DNA of 64,000 nt from Longimicrobiales bacterium (GTDB taxonomy: Bacteria > Gemmatimonadota > Gemmatimonadetes > Longimicrobiales > Gaopeijiaceae): positions 629,060 to 693,059 of the forward strand of contig OZ220468.1 of NCBI GenBank assembly GCA_965115975.1, given 5' to 3'. Position numbers and translations under genes: made by a program. Shown here piece by piece: positions 54,855 through 64,000 of this stretch (the stretch's first letter is position 1; the number at the start of each line of letters is the position of its first letter). The notes under the pieces are model-generated. The model did no database searches, was not told where the DNA came from, and saw nothing but the letters and a program-made list of their open reading frames with translations.

Positions 54855-55888
54855 CGGCGGCGCGCCGACCCGTGACGCTGTTCACCGGCCAGTGGGCGGA
54901 CATGCCCCTCGAGGCGCTGGCCGCGAAGGCGGCGGCGTGGGGCTACGACGGTCTCGAGCTCGCGTGCTGGGGCGATCACTTGGACGTGGCCGCCGCGCTC
55001 GCCGATCCGTCGCATCTCGAGGGCCGGCGCCGGCTGCTCGCCGAGTGCGGCCTCGAGTGCCGAGCGATCTCGAACCACCTCGTGGGCCAGGCCGTGAGCG
55101 ACCGCGTCGACGCGCGCCATCGGGCCATCCTGCCCGAGCGCGTGTGGGGCGACGGCGATCCCGCCGGCGTGCGGAGGCGCGCCGCGCGCGAAATGGAGGA
55201 CGCGGCGCGGGTCGCGGCCCGCCTGGGGTGCGATGTGGTCAACGGGTTCACGGGCAGTCCCGTCTGGCACCTGCTGTACTCGTTTCCGCCCGTGCCGCCG
55301 GAGTGGATCGACGAGGGGTTCGAGCGGGTCGCGCGGACGTGGGGCCCGATCCTGGACGTCTTCGCCCGCGAGGGGGTCCGATTCGCGCTCGAGGTCCACC
55401 CCGCCGAGATCGCGTTCGACGTCGTCACCGCCGAGCGGCTGCTGGACGCGCTGGACGGACATCCGGCCCTCGCGTTCAACTACGACCCGAGCCACCTCGC
55501 GTACCAGGGCGTCGACTACGTCGACTTCGTCCGTCGGTTCGGCGAGCGGATCGCGCACGTGCACGTGAAGGACGTGTGGTGGTCCGACGGGCCTCGCCCG
55601 GCAGGGGTCTTCGGGGGCCACACCGAGTTCGGGGATCCCCGGCGGTATTGGGACTTCCGGTCCCCGGGCCGGGGCAAGGTCGACTTCGAGGCGGTGGTTC
55701 GAGCCCTGAACGACGTCGGCTACGCGGGCCCGTTCTCGGTCGAATGGGAGGACGCCGGCATGGATCGCGAGCACGGAGCGCGCGAGGCGCGGGAGTTCGC
55801 CCGCCGGTTGGTCTTTCCGCCTTCGGACGCGGCCTTCGACGCCGCCTTCAGGACGCGCGACCAAGGGGGCGCGAGCGATGAAGACTGA
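54851..55888 (+). CDS. sugar phosphate isomerase/epimerase (xylose isomerase-like TIM barrel)
   Basis: [37 protein letters not shown]54851 overlaps the upstream stop. Confidence 0.8.
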   Translation: MTAARRPVTLFTGQWADMPLEALAAKAAAWGYDGLELACWGDHLDVAAALADPSHLEGRRRLLAECGLECRAISNHLVGQAVSDRVDARHRAILPERVWGDGDPAGVRRRAAREMEDAARVAARLGCDVVNGFTGSPVWHLLYSFPPVPPEWIDEGFERVARTWGPILDVFAREGVRFALEVHPAEIAFDVVTAERLLDALDGHPALAFNYDPSHLAYQGVDYVDFVRRFGERIAHVHVKDVWWSDGPRPAGVFGGHTEFGDPRRYWDFRSPGRGKVDFEAVVRALNDVGYAGPFSVEWEDAGMDREHGAREAREFARRLVFPPSDAAFDAAFRTRDQGGASDED

Positions 55889-56654
55889 AACGGTGCGGGG
55901 ACCCGCGCGGCGAGGCGCGGCGCGGCGGCGGATCGCGAGCCGGAGGCGGGCGACGGGTCTGGCGGTCGCGGTCGCCGCGTCCCTGCCGGTCCTGCCGGCG
56001 GACGGCGCGGGCGCCCAGCGGCGGCCGGCGAACCGACTGACGGCGGAGGAGGAGGCGGCGGGCTGGCGTCTGCTCTTCGACGGGACGCTCGACGGATGGA
56101 GGGGCTACCGCCGCGACGACGCGCCCGGCGGGTGGTCGGTCCAGGGCGACGCCCTGGCGTTCCGGCCGGGCGCCGACGACGGCGACCTGATCACCGCGGA
56201 CGTCTTCGCCGATTTCGAGCTCGTCCTCGAGTGGAAGGTGGGCCCGGGCGGGAACAGCGGGATCTTCTACCGCGCGACCGAGGAGGAGCCGTATCCGTAC
56301 TGGACGGGCCCCGAGTTCCAGATCCTGGACAACGAGGGACACCCGGACGGGCGCGTGCCGGAGACGTCGGCCGGCGCCAACTACGGGCTCCACGCGCCGC
56401 TTCGCGACGTCGCCCGCCCGGCCGGCGAGTGGAACGAGGCGCGGATCTCGGTCCGGGGCTCGAGCGTCGAGCACTGGCTGAACGGCGTCCGGATCGTCGC
56501 GTACGAGTTGGGCGACGAGGACTGGACGCGCCGGGTGGCGGGGACCAAGTTCGCCGACTGGCCCAAGTACGGTCGGGCCTCGGCGGGGCACGTCGGGCTT
56601 CAGGACCACGGCGATCCCGTCTGGTACCGGAACGTGCGCATTCGCTCCTTCTGA
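55878..56654 (+). CDS. DUF1080 (3-keto-disaccharide hydrolase-like) domain protein, secreted
   Basis: [50 protein letters not shown]. Confidence 0.85.
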   Translation: MKTETVRGPARRGAARRRIASRRRATGLAVAVAASLPVLPADGAGAQRRPANRLTAEEEAAGWRLLFDGTLDGWRGYRRDDAPGGWSVQGDALAFRPGADDGDLITADVFADFELVLEWKVGPGGNSGIFYRATEEEPYPYWTGPEFQILDNEGHPDGRVPETSAGANYGLHAPLRDVARPAGEWNEARISVRGSSVEHWLNGVRIVAYELGDEDWTRRVAGTKFADWPKYGRASAGHVGLQDHGDPVWYRNVRIRSF

Positions 56655-56815
56655 ATCCGCCCCGGGGATCCGATCCGGAGCCGACCCGCCCGCTTGAATC
56701 GGACCCGACGACGCGCCGGACCTTCTTGCGCTTCGGGTCCGCGGGCGCGGACATTGAATCGGGATGTGAAGGGCGGGGGTGCGGGCGGGCATTGGGACGG
56801 GGAGCGCGCGGCACG

Positions 56816-58639
56816 ATGAACGACGCGGCGAAGAGGCGCCTGCCGCCGCGGGCCACCCTGGCCGCGCTGGTCGCGCTCTCGGGGTGCGCCGACGTGGCGC
56901 TCGAGCCCGAGAGCGTGCCGACGCGCCTGGCGATCACGCCCCAGGACACCCTGGTCGTCGAGGGTCGCCCGGCCAAGCTCACGCTGCAGGTGTTCGACCA
57001 GGACGACCGCCCGATGCGCGGTCCGCCGTCCTGGGCGCCCGCGGACTGGCGCGCTTCCGAAGCGGACGCCGTCGAGATCGGGTGGGACGGGAGCCTGACC
57101 ACGCTCAAGGGCGCGGACGTGAGGGTCGTGGCCAAGACGGCCGGGCTCGAGACGTGGACGCGGCTGCGCGTCAATCCCGTGAGCGTGACGCTCTCGGTCG
57201 GCGCCGTCTACGTGAACCAGGTGATCCAGAACGCGCGCGCGGGCGTGCCGATCGTCGCCGGCCGTCCGGGCGTCCTGCGCGTCTTCCTGACCGGCGACGA
57301 GGTGAGCTTCTACGAGCCGCGCGCGCGCGCCGAGTTCGTCGCCGCCGGCCGGGTCGTGCACGCGGCGACGCTGGACGCGTCGTCGGACGTCCTGCCCGCC
57401 GACGTGCAGGAGGGCCGGCTGGACCGGTCCTTCAACGCAGCGGTTCCGGGCGAGGTCCTGCAGCCCGGCGTCGGGCTGGTCCTCGAGCTCGACGTGGACG
57501 GCGCCGTGCCCAAGGCGCCCGGAACCGAGACCCGGTTCCCCGCCGAAGGCGTCATGCCGCTCGACGTGATCGCGATGCCGACGCTCCGCCAGGTCTTCGT
57601 GCCCGTGCTTCTCCGCTCGAACGCCGACGAGCGGGCGCTCGCCGCGGTGCTCAACTGGATTCGGGGGGCGGGCCCCGACGGCGAAAACTCGGAGATGGCT
57701 CGCAAATTGCTGCCCGTGAACGAGATGGAGGTCACGGTGCAGGAGCCCTACACCACGACCGCGAACCTCAGGGTGCAGTCGGGCTGGGATCGCCTGCTCC
57801 GGCAGATGCACGCCAAGTGGCAACTCGAAGGCCGAGAGGGCTACTACTACGGGGTGTTGCAGAACGGCTCCGGGTTCCTTTGGGGCGGCTACGCCTACAT
57901 CGGCCTTCCCGTCAGCGTGGGCGTGACCAGGAACGCCATCTACGCCCACGAGCTGGGCCACAACATGGACCTGAGCCACGCGCCCTGCGGGGGCGCGGCG
58001 GGGCCCGACCCGCAGTACCCTTACGACGGCGGCGGCATCGGCCAGTGGGGGTACGACGTGGCGCGAAACGCGCTGATCGACCCGAGACAGTACAAGGACC
58101 TGATGGGGTACTGCCGGCCGGACTGGGTCAGCGACTATCAGTTCCTGCGCGCGATGAGATTCCGGCTCGAGACCGAGCGCGACCTCCTCGCGCCCCCGCC
58201 GCCGGCGGAGAGGACGCTGATGCTGTGGGGAGGCGCGAGGGACGGGGAGCTGCAGCTCGAGCCCGCGTTTCTCCTGGACGCTCCGGTCTCGCTGCCGACC
58301 GAGGACGGGCCGTATCGTCTGCAGGGGTTCGGGCCGGACGGAGGCGAGCGGTTCTCTCTGTCCTTCTCCCCGATGCCGATGGAGTTCGGAGGCGGGGGCT
58401 TTCACTTCCACGTGCCCTACGACCCCGGGCGCGACGGCGCTCTGGAGCGCGTGGCGCTCTCCGGGCCCGAGGGGCACGTCGAGCTGACGCACGGCGGCGC
58501 GGCGACGATGGCGATTCTGCGGGACCGCGAATCCGGGCGGATCCGCGCCATGCTGGACGACTGGAGCGGCGGGCTGAATCGAGTCGCGGGGGACGTCGAG
58601 GCGCTGGTCAGCGCCGGCTTGCCCGGAGAGCTGCGATGA
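56816..58639 (+). CDS. metzincin-like zinc metalloprotease lipoprotein, paralogue 1 (Big_2-like N-domain)
   Basis: Lipobox LVALSGCAD. Ig-like ITPQDTLVVEGRPAKLTLQVFD. Zinc motif YAHELGHNMDLSHAPCGG (HExxHxxxxxH). Confidence 0.8.
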   Translation: MNDAAKRRLPPRATLAALVALSGCADVALEPESVPTRLAITPQDTLVVEGRPAKLTLQVFDQDDRPMRGPPSWAPADWRASEADAVEIGWDGSLTTLKGADVRVVAKTAGLETWTRLRVNPVSVTLSVGAVYVNQVIQNARAGVPIVAGRPGVLRVFLTGDEVSFYEPRARAEFVAAGRVVHAATLDASSDVLPADVQEGRLDRSFNAAVPGEVLQPGVGLVLELDVDGAVPKAPGTETRFPAEGVMPLDVIAMPTLRQVFVPVLLRSNADERALAAVLNWIRGAGPDGENSEMARKLLPVNEMEVTVQEPYTTTANLRVQSGWDRLLRQMHAKWQLEGREGYYYGVLQNGSGFLWGGYAYIGLPVSVGVTRNAIYAHELGHNMDLSHAPCGGAAGPDPQYPYDGGGIGQWGYDVARNALIDPRQYKDLMGYCRPDWVSDYQFLRAMRFRLETERDLLAPPPPAERTLMLWGGARDGELQLEPAFLLDAPVSLPTEDGPYRLQGFGPDGGERFSLSFSPMPMEFGGGGFHFHVPYDPGRDGALERVALSGPEGHVELTHGGAATMAILRDRESGRIRAMLDDWSGGLNRVAGDVEALVSAGLPGELR

Positions 58640-58812
58640 GCGCCCGGTCGGTCGGGCGCGCCGCGTCCGGCGGGCTTTCGGACGACCCCGGCCTGGGTCG
58701 TCCTCCGCGGGTCTGCGCGGCGCGCAACGACGATTGGCAGCCACTTCGGCTCCGCCGACCCGACGATCCCCGGAACCTCCTTGCGATCCGGGCCTGCGGA
58801 CGCAGACATTGA
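58636..58812 (+). pseudogene. decayed 5' remnant of the beta-barrel gene
   Basis: Starts ATGAGCGCCCGGTC overlapping the protease stop, exactly as 60689 does. DNA alignable to 60689-~60870 with frameshifting indels (for example gattggcagccacttcggctccgc versus gatcggcagccactccggctccgc). Confidence 0.6.
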
Positions 58813-58871
58813 ATCGGGACTTTCAAGGGCGGATTGCGGGCGGGTCTCGGGACGGGGGAGTGCGCGGCACG

Positions 58872-60692
58872 ATGAACGACGCGACGGGAAGAGGTGCGCG
58901 AGGTTGCGCGCGCGCGACGATGGCGACCGCGCTGGTCGCGCTTTGGGGGTGCGCCGACATGGCTCTCGAACCTGAGAGCGTGCCGACGCGTTTGGCGATC
59001 ACGCCTCAGGACACCCTGGTCACGGAGGGCCACCCCGCCAGGTTGACGTTGCAGGTGTTCGACCAGGACGACAATCCGATGCGGGGTCCTCCGTCCTGGG
59101 CGCCCGCCGATTGGCGCGCCTCCGATGCGGCCGCCGTCGAGATCGGATGGGACGGGAGCCTGACCACGCTCAAGGGCGCGGACGTGAGGGTCGTGGCCAC
59201 GACGGCCGGACTCGAGACGTGGACGCGATTGCGCGTCAATCCCGTGAGCGTGACGCTCTCGGTCGGCGCCGTCTACGTGAACCAGGTGATTCAGAACGCG
59301 CGCGCGGGCGTGCCGATCGTCGCCGGCCGCCCGGGCATTCTGCGCGTCTTCCTGACCGGCGACGAGGTCAGCTTCTACGAGCCGCGGGTGCTCGCCGAGT
59401 TCGTCGCCGACGGCCGGGTCGTGCACACGGCGACGCTGGACGCGTCGTCGGACGTCCTGCCCGCCGACGTGCAGGAGGGACGGCTGGACCGGTCCTTCAA
59501 CGCGATGGTTCCGGGCGAGGTTCTGCAGCCCGGCGTCGGGCTGGTCCTCGAACTCGACGTGGACGGCGCCGTGCCCAAGGCGCCCGGAACCGAGACCCGG
59601 TTCCCCGCCGAAGGCGCCATGCCGCTCGACGTCGTCGAGATGCCGGTGCTCCGCCAGGTCTTCGTGCCCGTGCTCCAGCGTTCGAACCCAGACGAGCGGG
59701 TGCTGGACTGGACCCGGGCGGCGAGCCCCGACGGCCGAAACACGGAAATGGCTCGCAAATTGCTGCCCGTGAACGAAATGAAGGTCACGGTGCAGGAACC
59801 CTACACCACGACCTCGAACCTCAGGGTGCGGTCGGGCTGGGATCGCCTGATCCGGCAAATGAGAACGAAGTTCCAGCTCGAGGGACGAGAGGGCTACTAC
59901 TATGGGGCGGTGTACAACACCGGGGGATTCGCGGTCGGGGGCTTGGGCTACATCGGCTATCCGGTCAGCGTGGGCGTGGCCAGGGACGATGTCTACGCCC
60001 ACGAGCTGGGCCACAACATGAACCTGGGCCACGCGCCCTGCGGAGGCGCCGGGGGGCCCGACCCGCAGTACCCGTACGACGGCGGCGGCATCGGCCAGTG
60101 GGGTTACGACGTGAAGCGGAACGTGCTGATCGACCCGAGGCAGTACAAGGACCTGATGGGGTATTGCCGGCCCGACTGGGTCAGCGACTATCAGTTCCTT
60201 CGGGCGATGAAATTCCGCCTCGAGGACGAGGGCGACCTCCTCTTGACCCCGCCGCCGGCGGAGAGGACGCTGATGCTTTGGGGAGGCGCGAGGGACGGGG
60301 AGCTGCAGCTCGAGCCCGCGTTTCTCCTGGACGCTCCGGTCGCGCTGCCGACCGAGGACGGACCGTATCGCCTGCAAGGATTCGGGCCCGACGGGATCGA
60401 GCGGTTCTCGCTGTCCTTCTCCCCGGATCCGGTCGAATTCGGCGGCGGGAGCTTCCATTTCCACGTGCCCTACGACCCCGGGCGCGACGGCGCTCTGGAG
60501 CGCGTGGCGCTCTCCGGGCCCGAGGGGCACGTCGAGCTGACGCACGGCGGCGCGGCGACGATGGCGATTCTGCGAGACCGCGAGTCCGGGCGGATCCGCG
60601 CCATGCTGGACGACTGGAGCGGCGGGCTGAATCGAGTCGCGGGGGACGTCGAGGCGCTGGTCAGCGCCGGCTTGCCCGGAGAGCTGCGATGA
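58872..60692 (+). CDS. metzincin-like zinc metalloprotease lipoprotein, paralogue 2
   Basis: Lipobox LVALWGCAD. YAHELGHNMNLGHAPCGG. Highly similar to paralogue 1, with a near-identical ~80-aa C-terminus. Confidence 0.8.
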   Translation: MNDATGRGARGCARATMATALVALWGCADMALEPESVPTRLAITPQDTLVTEGHPARLTLQVFDQDDNPMRGPPSWAPADWRASDAAAVEIGWDGSLTTLKGADVRVVATTAGLETWTRLRVNPVSVTLSVGAVYVNQVIQNARAGVPIVAGRPGILRVFLTGDEVSFYEPRVLAEFVADGRVVHTATLDASSDVLPADVQEGRLDRSFNAMVPGEVLQPGVGLVLELDVDGAVPKAPGTETRFPAEGAMPLDVVEMPVLRQVFVPVLQRSNPDERVLDWTRAASPDGRNTEMARKLLPVNEMKVTVQEPYTTTSNLRVRSGWDRLIRQMRTKFQLEGREGYYYGAVYNTGGFAVGGLGYIGYPVSVGVARDDVYAHELGHNMNLGHAPCGGAGGPDPQYPYDGGGIGQWGYDVKRNVLIDPRQYKDLMGYCRPDWVSDYQFLRAMKFRLEDEGDLLLTPPPAERTLMLWGGARDGELQLEPAFLLDAPVALPTEDGPYRLQGFGPDGIERFSLSFSPDPVEFGGGSFHFHVPYDPGRDGALERVALSGPEGHVELTHGGAATMAILRDRESGRIRAMLDDWSGGLNRVAGDVEALVSAGLPGELR

Positions 60693-61327
60693 ACGCCCGG
60701 TCCCATGGGCGCGCCGCGCCCGAGAGCTCTGGAGCGACCATGGCCGGGGCCGTCCTCCTGGGGCTCGCGCTGTGCGCGCCGCCGGCGACGGCGCAGTCCT
60801 TGGCCGGCGGCCTGTTTCAGGGCGAAGTGCGGGGAGGACTGACGATCGGCAGCCACTCCGGCTCCGCGGCCGCGCTGGACGTCGCTCCGTCGATCTCCTT
60901 CGACGTCGTCGTGCGCAGGCAGGTGACGAGGTCGTTCGCCGCGTACGGGGGCTTTTTCCGCACGGCCTTCGGGTGCGAGGAGGGGTTCTGCACCGAGCGC
61001 GAGGTCGTCGTCGTCGGCAATCACGGCGCCCTGGGCGTCGAGTGGGGGAGCGGCGGGCCCTGGCTTCGGGCCGGCCTCCTCGTCGGGTCGACCGAGGGCA
61101 GGAGCGGGGTGGCCGCCGGGGGCGTTCGCGGAACCGAGAGCTCGCCCGAGGTGGGCTTCGGCGTGCACGCGGCCGGAGGCTTGACCGTCGGCGCCGGACG
61201 CTTCCGCTTCATGCCCGGCCTGTCCTACCGGTGGCTGAGCGCGAAGACCGCGGCCGAATCGGACCACGCCATCGCGTTCGCGCTGGACCTCGGGGTGGGC
61301 TTCGTCGTCGGCGGGGGCGGACCCTGA
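60689..61327 (+). CDS. outer-membrane beta-barrel protein (OmpW/OmpA-beta-barrel-like, small)
   Basis: Signal AGAVLLGLALCAPPATAQS. Alternating-polarity strands. C-terminal AFALDLGVGFVV. ATG overlaps the protease stop. Confidence 0.6.
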   Translation: MNARSHGRAAPESSGATMAGAVLLGLALCAPPATAQSLAGGLFQGEVRGGLTIGSHSGSAAALDVAPSISFDVVVRRQVTRSFAAYGGFFRTAFGCEEGFCTEREVVVVGNHGALGVEWGSGGPWLRAGLLVGSTEGRSGVAAGGVRGTESSPEVGFGVHAAGGLTVGAGRFRFMPGLSYRWLSAKTAAESDHAIAFALDLGVGFVVGGGGP

Positions 61328-63168
61328 CCGGAATCGGAGCGCGGGGCCCCGGGGTTGCGGCCCTGACCCTGCTCGCCGCGGCCTGCGGCGATTTGGCGCT
61401 CGAGCCCGAGCGAGTGCCCGCGTCGCTCGTCATCGCGCCTCAGGACACGACGGCGACGGTCGGCGACCGGATCCGGTATCGGATGGAAGTCCTGGACCGG
61501 CGCGGCGAGGCGATCGAGGTTCCCTCGTTCTGGGACCTGCCCGAATGGTCCGTCGAGGACACGGCCGTCGCCCGGATCTCGGCCGACGGCCACCTCGACC
61601 CCGAAAGCCACGCGATCACGCAGGTGCGCGTGTCCTTCGCGGGGTTGCGGGCGAGCACCGGCGTGCGCGTCAACCCGCGATCCCTCGTCGTTCGGGCGCC
61701 GGCGTTCCACGTGACGCAAGGCGTGCAGGACGACTTCGGAAAGGTGCCGCTGATCGCGGGACGCGAGGGTCTGCTGCGCGTGTTCGTCACCGGCGATCGG
61801 GGCAGCTTTCATCGACCGCGCGTCCTGGCGTCCTTCTACCACGACGACAGGCTCGCGCACTTCGAGACGCTGGAGCTGGGCGCGATCGGGTTGCCCACCG
61901 AGACGAGTCCGGGGTCGTTGGAGAGCTCCTACAACGCGCACGTCCCCGCGTGGGTCCTGCGCCCGGGCACGGGGCTGGCGATCGACGTCGACCCGGACGG
62001 AGTCCTCCCCGAACAGCCCGACGGCCCGCTCCGCATCCCCGCCGAGGGTCGCTTCCCCCTGGACGTGCGGAGCGTGCCGGACATGGAGCTGACCGTCGTG
62101 CCCGTGCTGGGTCCGTCCGACCCCGAGGGCGCGATCCGCGACTGGACGGCCCAAGTGTCGGCCGACAGCGACCATCTGCGACTGGTCCGTTCCGTCTTTC
62201 CGATCGCCGCCCTCGACGTCGAGGTGCACGAGGGCTTCGCGACGTCGTCGGACCTGAGCAAGGGCGCGGGATGGGGCGAGCTGCTGGGCGATCTGACCTT
62301 TCTGCGCATCCGGGAGGGCGGGACGGGCTACTGGTACGGCGCCATGATCCTGGGCGACGACGCGAACTGGGAAGGGCTGGGCTACATCGGCTATCCCGTG
62401 GGCGTCGGCGCGGCCGACCCCGAAACGCTGGCCCACGAGATCGGCCACAACCTGAACCTGCGCCACGCCCCGTGCGGGGGCGCGATCGATCCCGACGGCC
62501 GCTTTCCGTTCGAGGACGGCGCCATCGGCGTCTGGGGCTACGACTTCCACGAGCGCAAGATCGTGAGTCCGTTCCTGTACCGCGACGTGATGGGGTACTG
62601 CGATCCGAACTGGATCAGCGACTACAGCTTCAATCGGGCGCTGTTCTTTCGCCTCGAGATGGAGGCCGCCGTGCTCCATCGGTCGCGCGCCGACGCGTCC
62701 GCCGCGCCCGGTGCGGGCAGGACGCTGTTGCTGATGGGCCGCGTCCAGGACGGGGCGCTCGAGCTCGACCCGTCCTTCATGGTCGATCTGCCCGCGACGC
62801 TGCCCGCCGAGGAAGGCCCCTATCGGCTGGCCGGGCTGGGGCCGAGCGGAGAGGTGCGCTTCTCGTTCCGCTTCAGCCCGCGCATGACGGCCTACGGGGC
62901 GGGTCACTTCCTCTTCGCCGTGCCGTTCGACCCCGCCGTCGACGGCGCGCTGGACGAGGTGGCGCTGTCCGGCCCCGAGGGGTTCGCGACGCTCCGCCGC
63001 GGCGAGTCCAAGCCCATGGCGATGATCACCGATCGCGCCAGCGGAAAGGTGCGCGGCATTCTGCGCGACTGGGACGGATCGACCCTGCCCGGAGCGATTC
63101 GACGCCTGGCCCGGGGGGCCGAGATCGTCGTCAGCGAGGGCCTTCCGGACTCGGAGAGGAGGCGGTAG
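61324..63168 (+). CDS. metzincin-like zinc metalloprotease lipoprotein, paralogue 3 (divergent); start codon unresolved
   Basis: Lipobox LLAAACGD. LAHEIGHNLNLRHAPCGG. No ATG/GTG/TTG between the upstream stop and the lipobox. CTG61324 (CTGA overlap with the barrel stop) or ATC61333 are the only candidates. Confidence 0.7.
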   Translation: MTGIGARGPGVAALTLLAAACGDLALEPERVPASLVIAPQDTTATVGDRIRYRMEVLDRRGEAIEVPSFWDLPEWSVEDTAVARISADGHLDPESHAITQVRVSFAGLRASTGVRVNPRSLVVRAPAFHVTQGVQDDFGKVPLIAGREGLLRVFVTGDRGSFHRPRVLASFYHDDRLAHFETLELGAIGLPTETSPGSLESSYNAHVPAWVLRPGTGLAIDVDPDGVLPEQPDGPLRIPAEGRFPLDVRSVPDMELTVVPVLGPSDPEGAIRDWTAQVSADSDHLRLVRSVFPIAALDVEVHEGFATSSDLSKGAGWGELLGDLTFLRIREGGTGYWYGAMILGDDANWEGLGYIGYPVGVGAADPETLAHEIGHNLNLRHAPCGGAIDPDGRFPFEDGAIGVWGYDFHERKIVSPFLYRDVMGYCDPNWISDYSFNRALFFRLEMEAAVLHRSRADASAAPGAGRTLLLMGRVQDGALELDPSFMVDLPATLPAEEGPYRLAGLGPSGEVRFSFRFSPRMTAYGAGHFLFAVPFDPAVDGALDEVALSGPEGFATLRRGESKPMAMITDRASGKVRGILRDWDGSTLPGAIRRLARGAEIVVSEGLPDSERRR

Positions 63169-63182
63169 GTCGGGACGGGCAA

Positions 63183-63256
63183 TCGGGACGGCCGGATTCG
63201 AACCGGCGACCCCCTGAACCCCATTCAGGTGCGCTACCGGACTGCGCCACGTCCCG
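63183..63256 (-). tRNA. tRNA-Pro (anticodon GGG)
   Basis: Hand-folded 74-nt cloverleaf. Acceptor CGGGACG/CGTCCCG, D arm GCGC-AGTCCGGTA-GCGC, anticodon arm CCTGA-ATGGGGT-TCAGG, T arm GCCGG-TTCGAAT-CCGGC. Confidence 0.9.
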
Positions 63257-63399
63257 CGAATTCGGTCGAAAGCTAGCGCCTCGGGGTCGAGAGCGGCAAT
63301 CTTGAATCTTGTCCAACGGAAAACGAGCCCGAGCGGCGGCGCGCGGTCCAGCGACGAACGCGCCCTAGTTCCGGGACACGCCATCTTTGGAGCACGACG

Positions 63400-63705
63400 A
63401 TGACTCTCGAACTCGACCCCTCCCGGATCCGCACCCTCGATCAAGTCCGGGCCTTCCTCCGCAGCGGCGAAGCCGCGGATTTCCAGCCCATCGACCGGGT
63501 CGCCGCCTACGACTTCGTCCGCCGCGCCCTTGTCCGCTTCGATTACGACCGGGCTCGCCGACCGGACAAGAGCTCGGTCAAGCGCTACTTGGAGAAGGTC
63601 ACCGGCCTCTCCCGCGCCCAGGTCACCCGCCTCGTCGCCCAGTGGATCCGCACCGGGCGCATCGTCGACCACCGCCGCAGGCCGGTCCGGTTCGACGACG
63701 AGTGA
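63400..63705 (+). CDS. hypothetical; resembles the N-terminal HTH region of integrase-core transposases, probably a truncated remnant
   Basis: 101 aa. LDQVRAFL....F......YDFVRRALVRFDY...RRPDKSSVKRYLEKVTGLSRAQVTRLV pattern recalled from DDE-integrase N-termini. No catalytic domain follows in any single frame. Confidence 0.3.
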   Translation: MTLELDPSRIRTLDQVRAFLRSGEAADFQPIDRVAAYDFVRRALVRFDYDRARRPDKSSVKRYLEKVTGLSRAQVTRLVAQWIRTGRIVDHRRRPVRFDDE

Positions 63706-64000
63706 GTCCGAACGGCGAAGCGCCGTCCAGCCGCGAACGGGCGCGCGCTTGTGCTCCTTTCCGCAGGTTTCTCGAAGGGAAGACGACGGACTGTCCGACT
63801 TGCGAATAGCCACTGGCGCCCAACCTGCCATCGTATGGTCGACTGCCCAGAAACACCCCGTCTCTTCGGCGAAACGTCTGAAACGGCCGACGTCGATCGT
63901 CCACTCCCGCCACCGCGGTCAGACTCGACGGACGCTCGTCGGCAAGCGCCGACCAATGCCTCGGGTCGACCGGGGGGACCGAATCCAAGGCCGTCGAGTC

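Noticed and set aside
56700-56815. Possible ECF-sigma-type promoter (GGAAC-like ... CG) in the conserved sequence upstream of protease paralogues 1 and 2.
   Set aside because: The two copies differ at the putative -35 (GGACCT versus GGAACC), and no clear -10 CGTC at proper spacing could be fixed by eye. The conservation is explained by the duplication itself.

Overview
High-GC (about 70% by eye) chromosomal segment from a diderm bacterium: many lipobox lipoproteins and one outer-membrane beta-barrel. The gene content resembles Gemmatimonadota-type genomes, but that is a low-confidence guess.

Layout:
- 1-15.2 kb: housekeeping genes. An N6-adenine methyltransferase, trpS, a DHDPS-family aldolase, purA, ffh, rpsP-rimM-trmD-[DUF5131 insert]-rplS-rnhB, tRNA-Lys, and two serine hydrolases.
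- 15.4-25.5 kb: two tandem giant surface lipoprotein genes. They share an indel-free 3.7-kb 5' part and a 118-nt leader but carry divergent 3' cassettes. Each leader is capped at exactly the same position by a very long poly-G tract (G33 and G22), with palindromic CGTCAGATTnCTGAC motifs beyond it.
- 25.6-35 kb: ordinary enzymes and transporters, plus a VapC/Phd toxin-antitoxin pair.
- 35.1-42.0 kb: a 6-bladed beta-propeller lipoprotein gene split by an rve-type IS with a 17-20 bp target duplication. The two left-end terminal-repeat motifs of this IS each carry an identical 1,990-nt group II intron.
- 42.0-42.9 kb: a six-cysteine small protein and a CxxC thioredoxin-like protein lie upstream of the broken propeller gene.
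- 43-56.7 kb: a BNR/sortilin-like protein, a putative hydroxyproline module and a Gfo/Idh/MocA-type sugar module.
- 56.8-63.2 kb: three paralogous metzincin-like lipoproteins with one beta-barrel gene and one decayed copy of it.
- 63.2-64 kb: tRNA-Pro and a transposase-like fragment.

No CRISPR array or rRNA was seen. The many long alternative-frame and antisense ORFs in the track are GC-driven artefacts.
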